A DNA stretch of 63,654 nt, filler included, from Octopus bimaculoides (lineage: Eukaryota), in the NCBI RefSeq assembly GCF_001194135.2. It is 3 parts of 3 records of this genome, joined end to end, with 100 filler letters (N's around TTAATTAATTAA, not from the genome) between each part and the next. Parts side by side here need not be neighbours in the genome. Positions count along the whole stretch, not along the records: positions 55,935 to 63,654 come from NC_068989.1; 2 more parts are not named here. One strand, 5' to 3'. The position numbers and the translations under genes were made by a program. Shown in pieces: positions 63,110-63,654 of the stretch (position 1 is its first letter; every line of letters begins with the position of its first letter). Below the pieces are notes generated by a model. The model had not been told where the DNA came from. It was given only the letters and a program-made list of their open reading frames with translations, and ran no database searches.

Positions 63110-63654
63110 CTAACTTAGTTTTGGTTATTAACCTTTTGTGTCTAAAATATTTTTCTCTAGACTTTTCTTTCATAGTACTAGAATATCTAGAATGTTGATA
63201 CTTATTAGCTTATTTTTTACATTTATTTTAGTTACAAGTAGGATTCTGATGCGTCTTAACTATCCTAGCATTTTCTTATATTTATGTGCATTTTGCTCGA
63301 CCTTGTTCGTTAATACCTAAATATTATCTCTGTTTCATTTTCTAACATATTTGTCACCGTAAGTTGTTAACGCTTATAGATTTAATGTGTTTATGCTCAT
63401 TGTTTATGCTATTTTATTGCTTGCTTTTTTTTTCATTATTTATATTTTTATTGCATATTTTGGTTCAGTATCTTATGGTTTTATGCTTTATATGTGACTA
63501 TATGTCTGCATACAGTGTTCGGGATAAATTTGACAGTTTGCATAAAAGGGACGACAGTGCTAAATAAACTGTTCTCATCCAAGTCCGGACTACCTCTTTT
63601 TTCTTAATATATAAAATTTGTACACTATTTCAAGTAACCTATATGTATATATAT

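Overview
AT-rich, microsatellite-dense animal genomic DNA with many N gaps. The tRNA-derived SINE families and (ATG)n-tailed RTE 3' ends look like those of a coleoid cephalopod, probably Octopus (inference). I cannot confidently call any host protein-coding gene: most ORF-track entries are translated microsatellites or gaps, and the recognisable coding pieces are decayed transposons (Helitron, Tc1/mariner, hAT, piggyBac-like MITE, Gypsy-like RT, RTE, CR1-like, R4/Dong-like, and Penelope-like elements of both Neptune-type and Naiad-type). The main signal not shown by the ORF track is a set of type I hammerhead ribozyme (HHR) motifs at the ends of Penelope-like elements (PLEs) or in short (TA)n-flanked modules: 28574-28661(-), 29230-29321(+), 36650-36697(-), 40030-40065(+), 46798-46846(+), 61420-61468(+), plus weaker remnants. 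They include minimal dimer-type stem III versions, a CCGAUGA core variant, a family with a ~65-nt stem II, and a 70-bp-arm palindrome that appears to have formed by fold-back at that stem II. HHRs in PLEs are a known phenomenon; the specific variants here may be undescribed. Other points: a 149-bp inverted repeat pair, a pre-miRNA-like hairpin, a locally dispersed ~85-bp minisatellite, and an apparent CpG-poor to CpG-retaining transition near 27-30 kb. All coordinates and structures were read by eye; ends of decayed elements are approximate.
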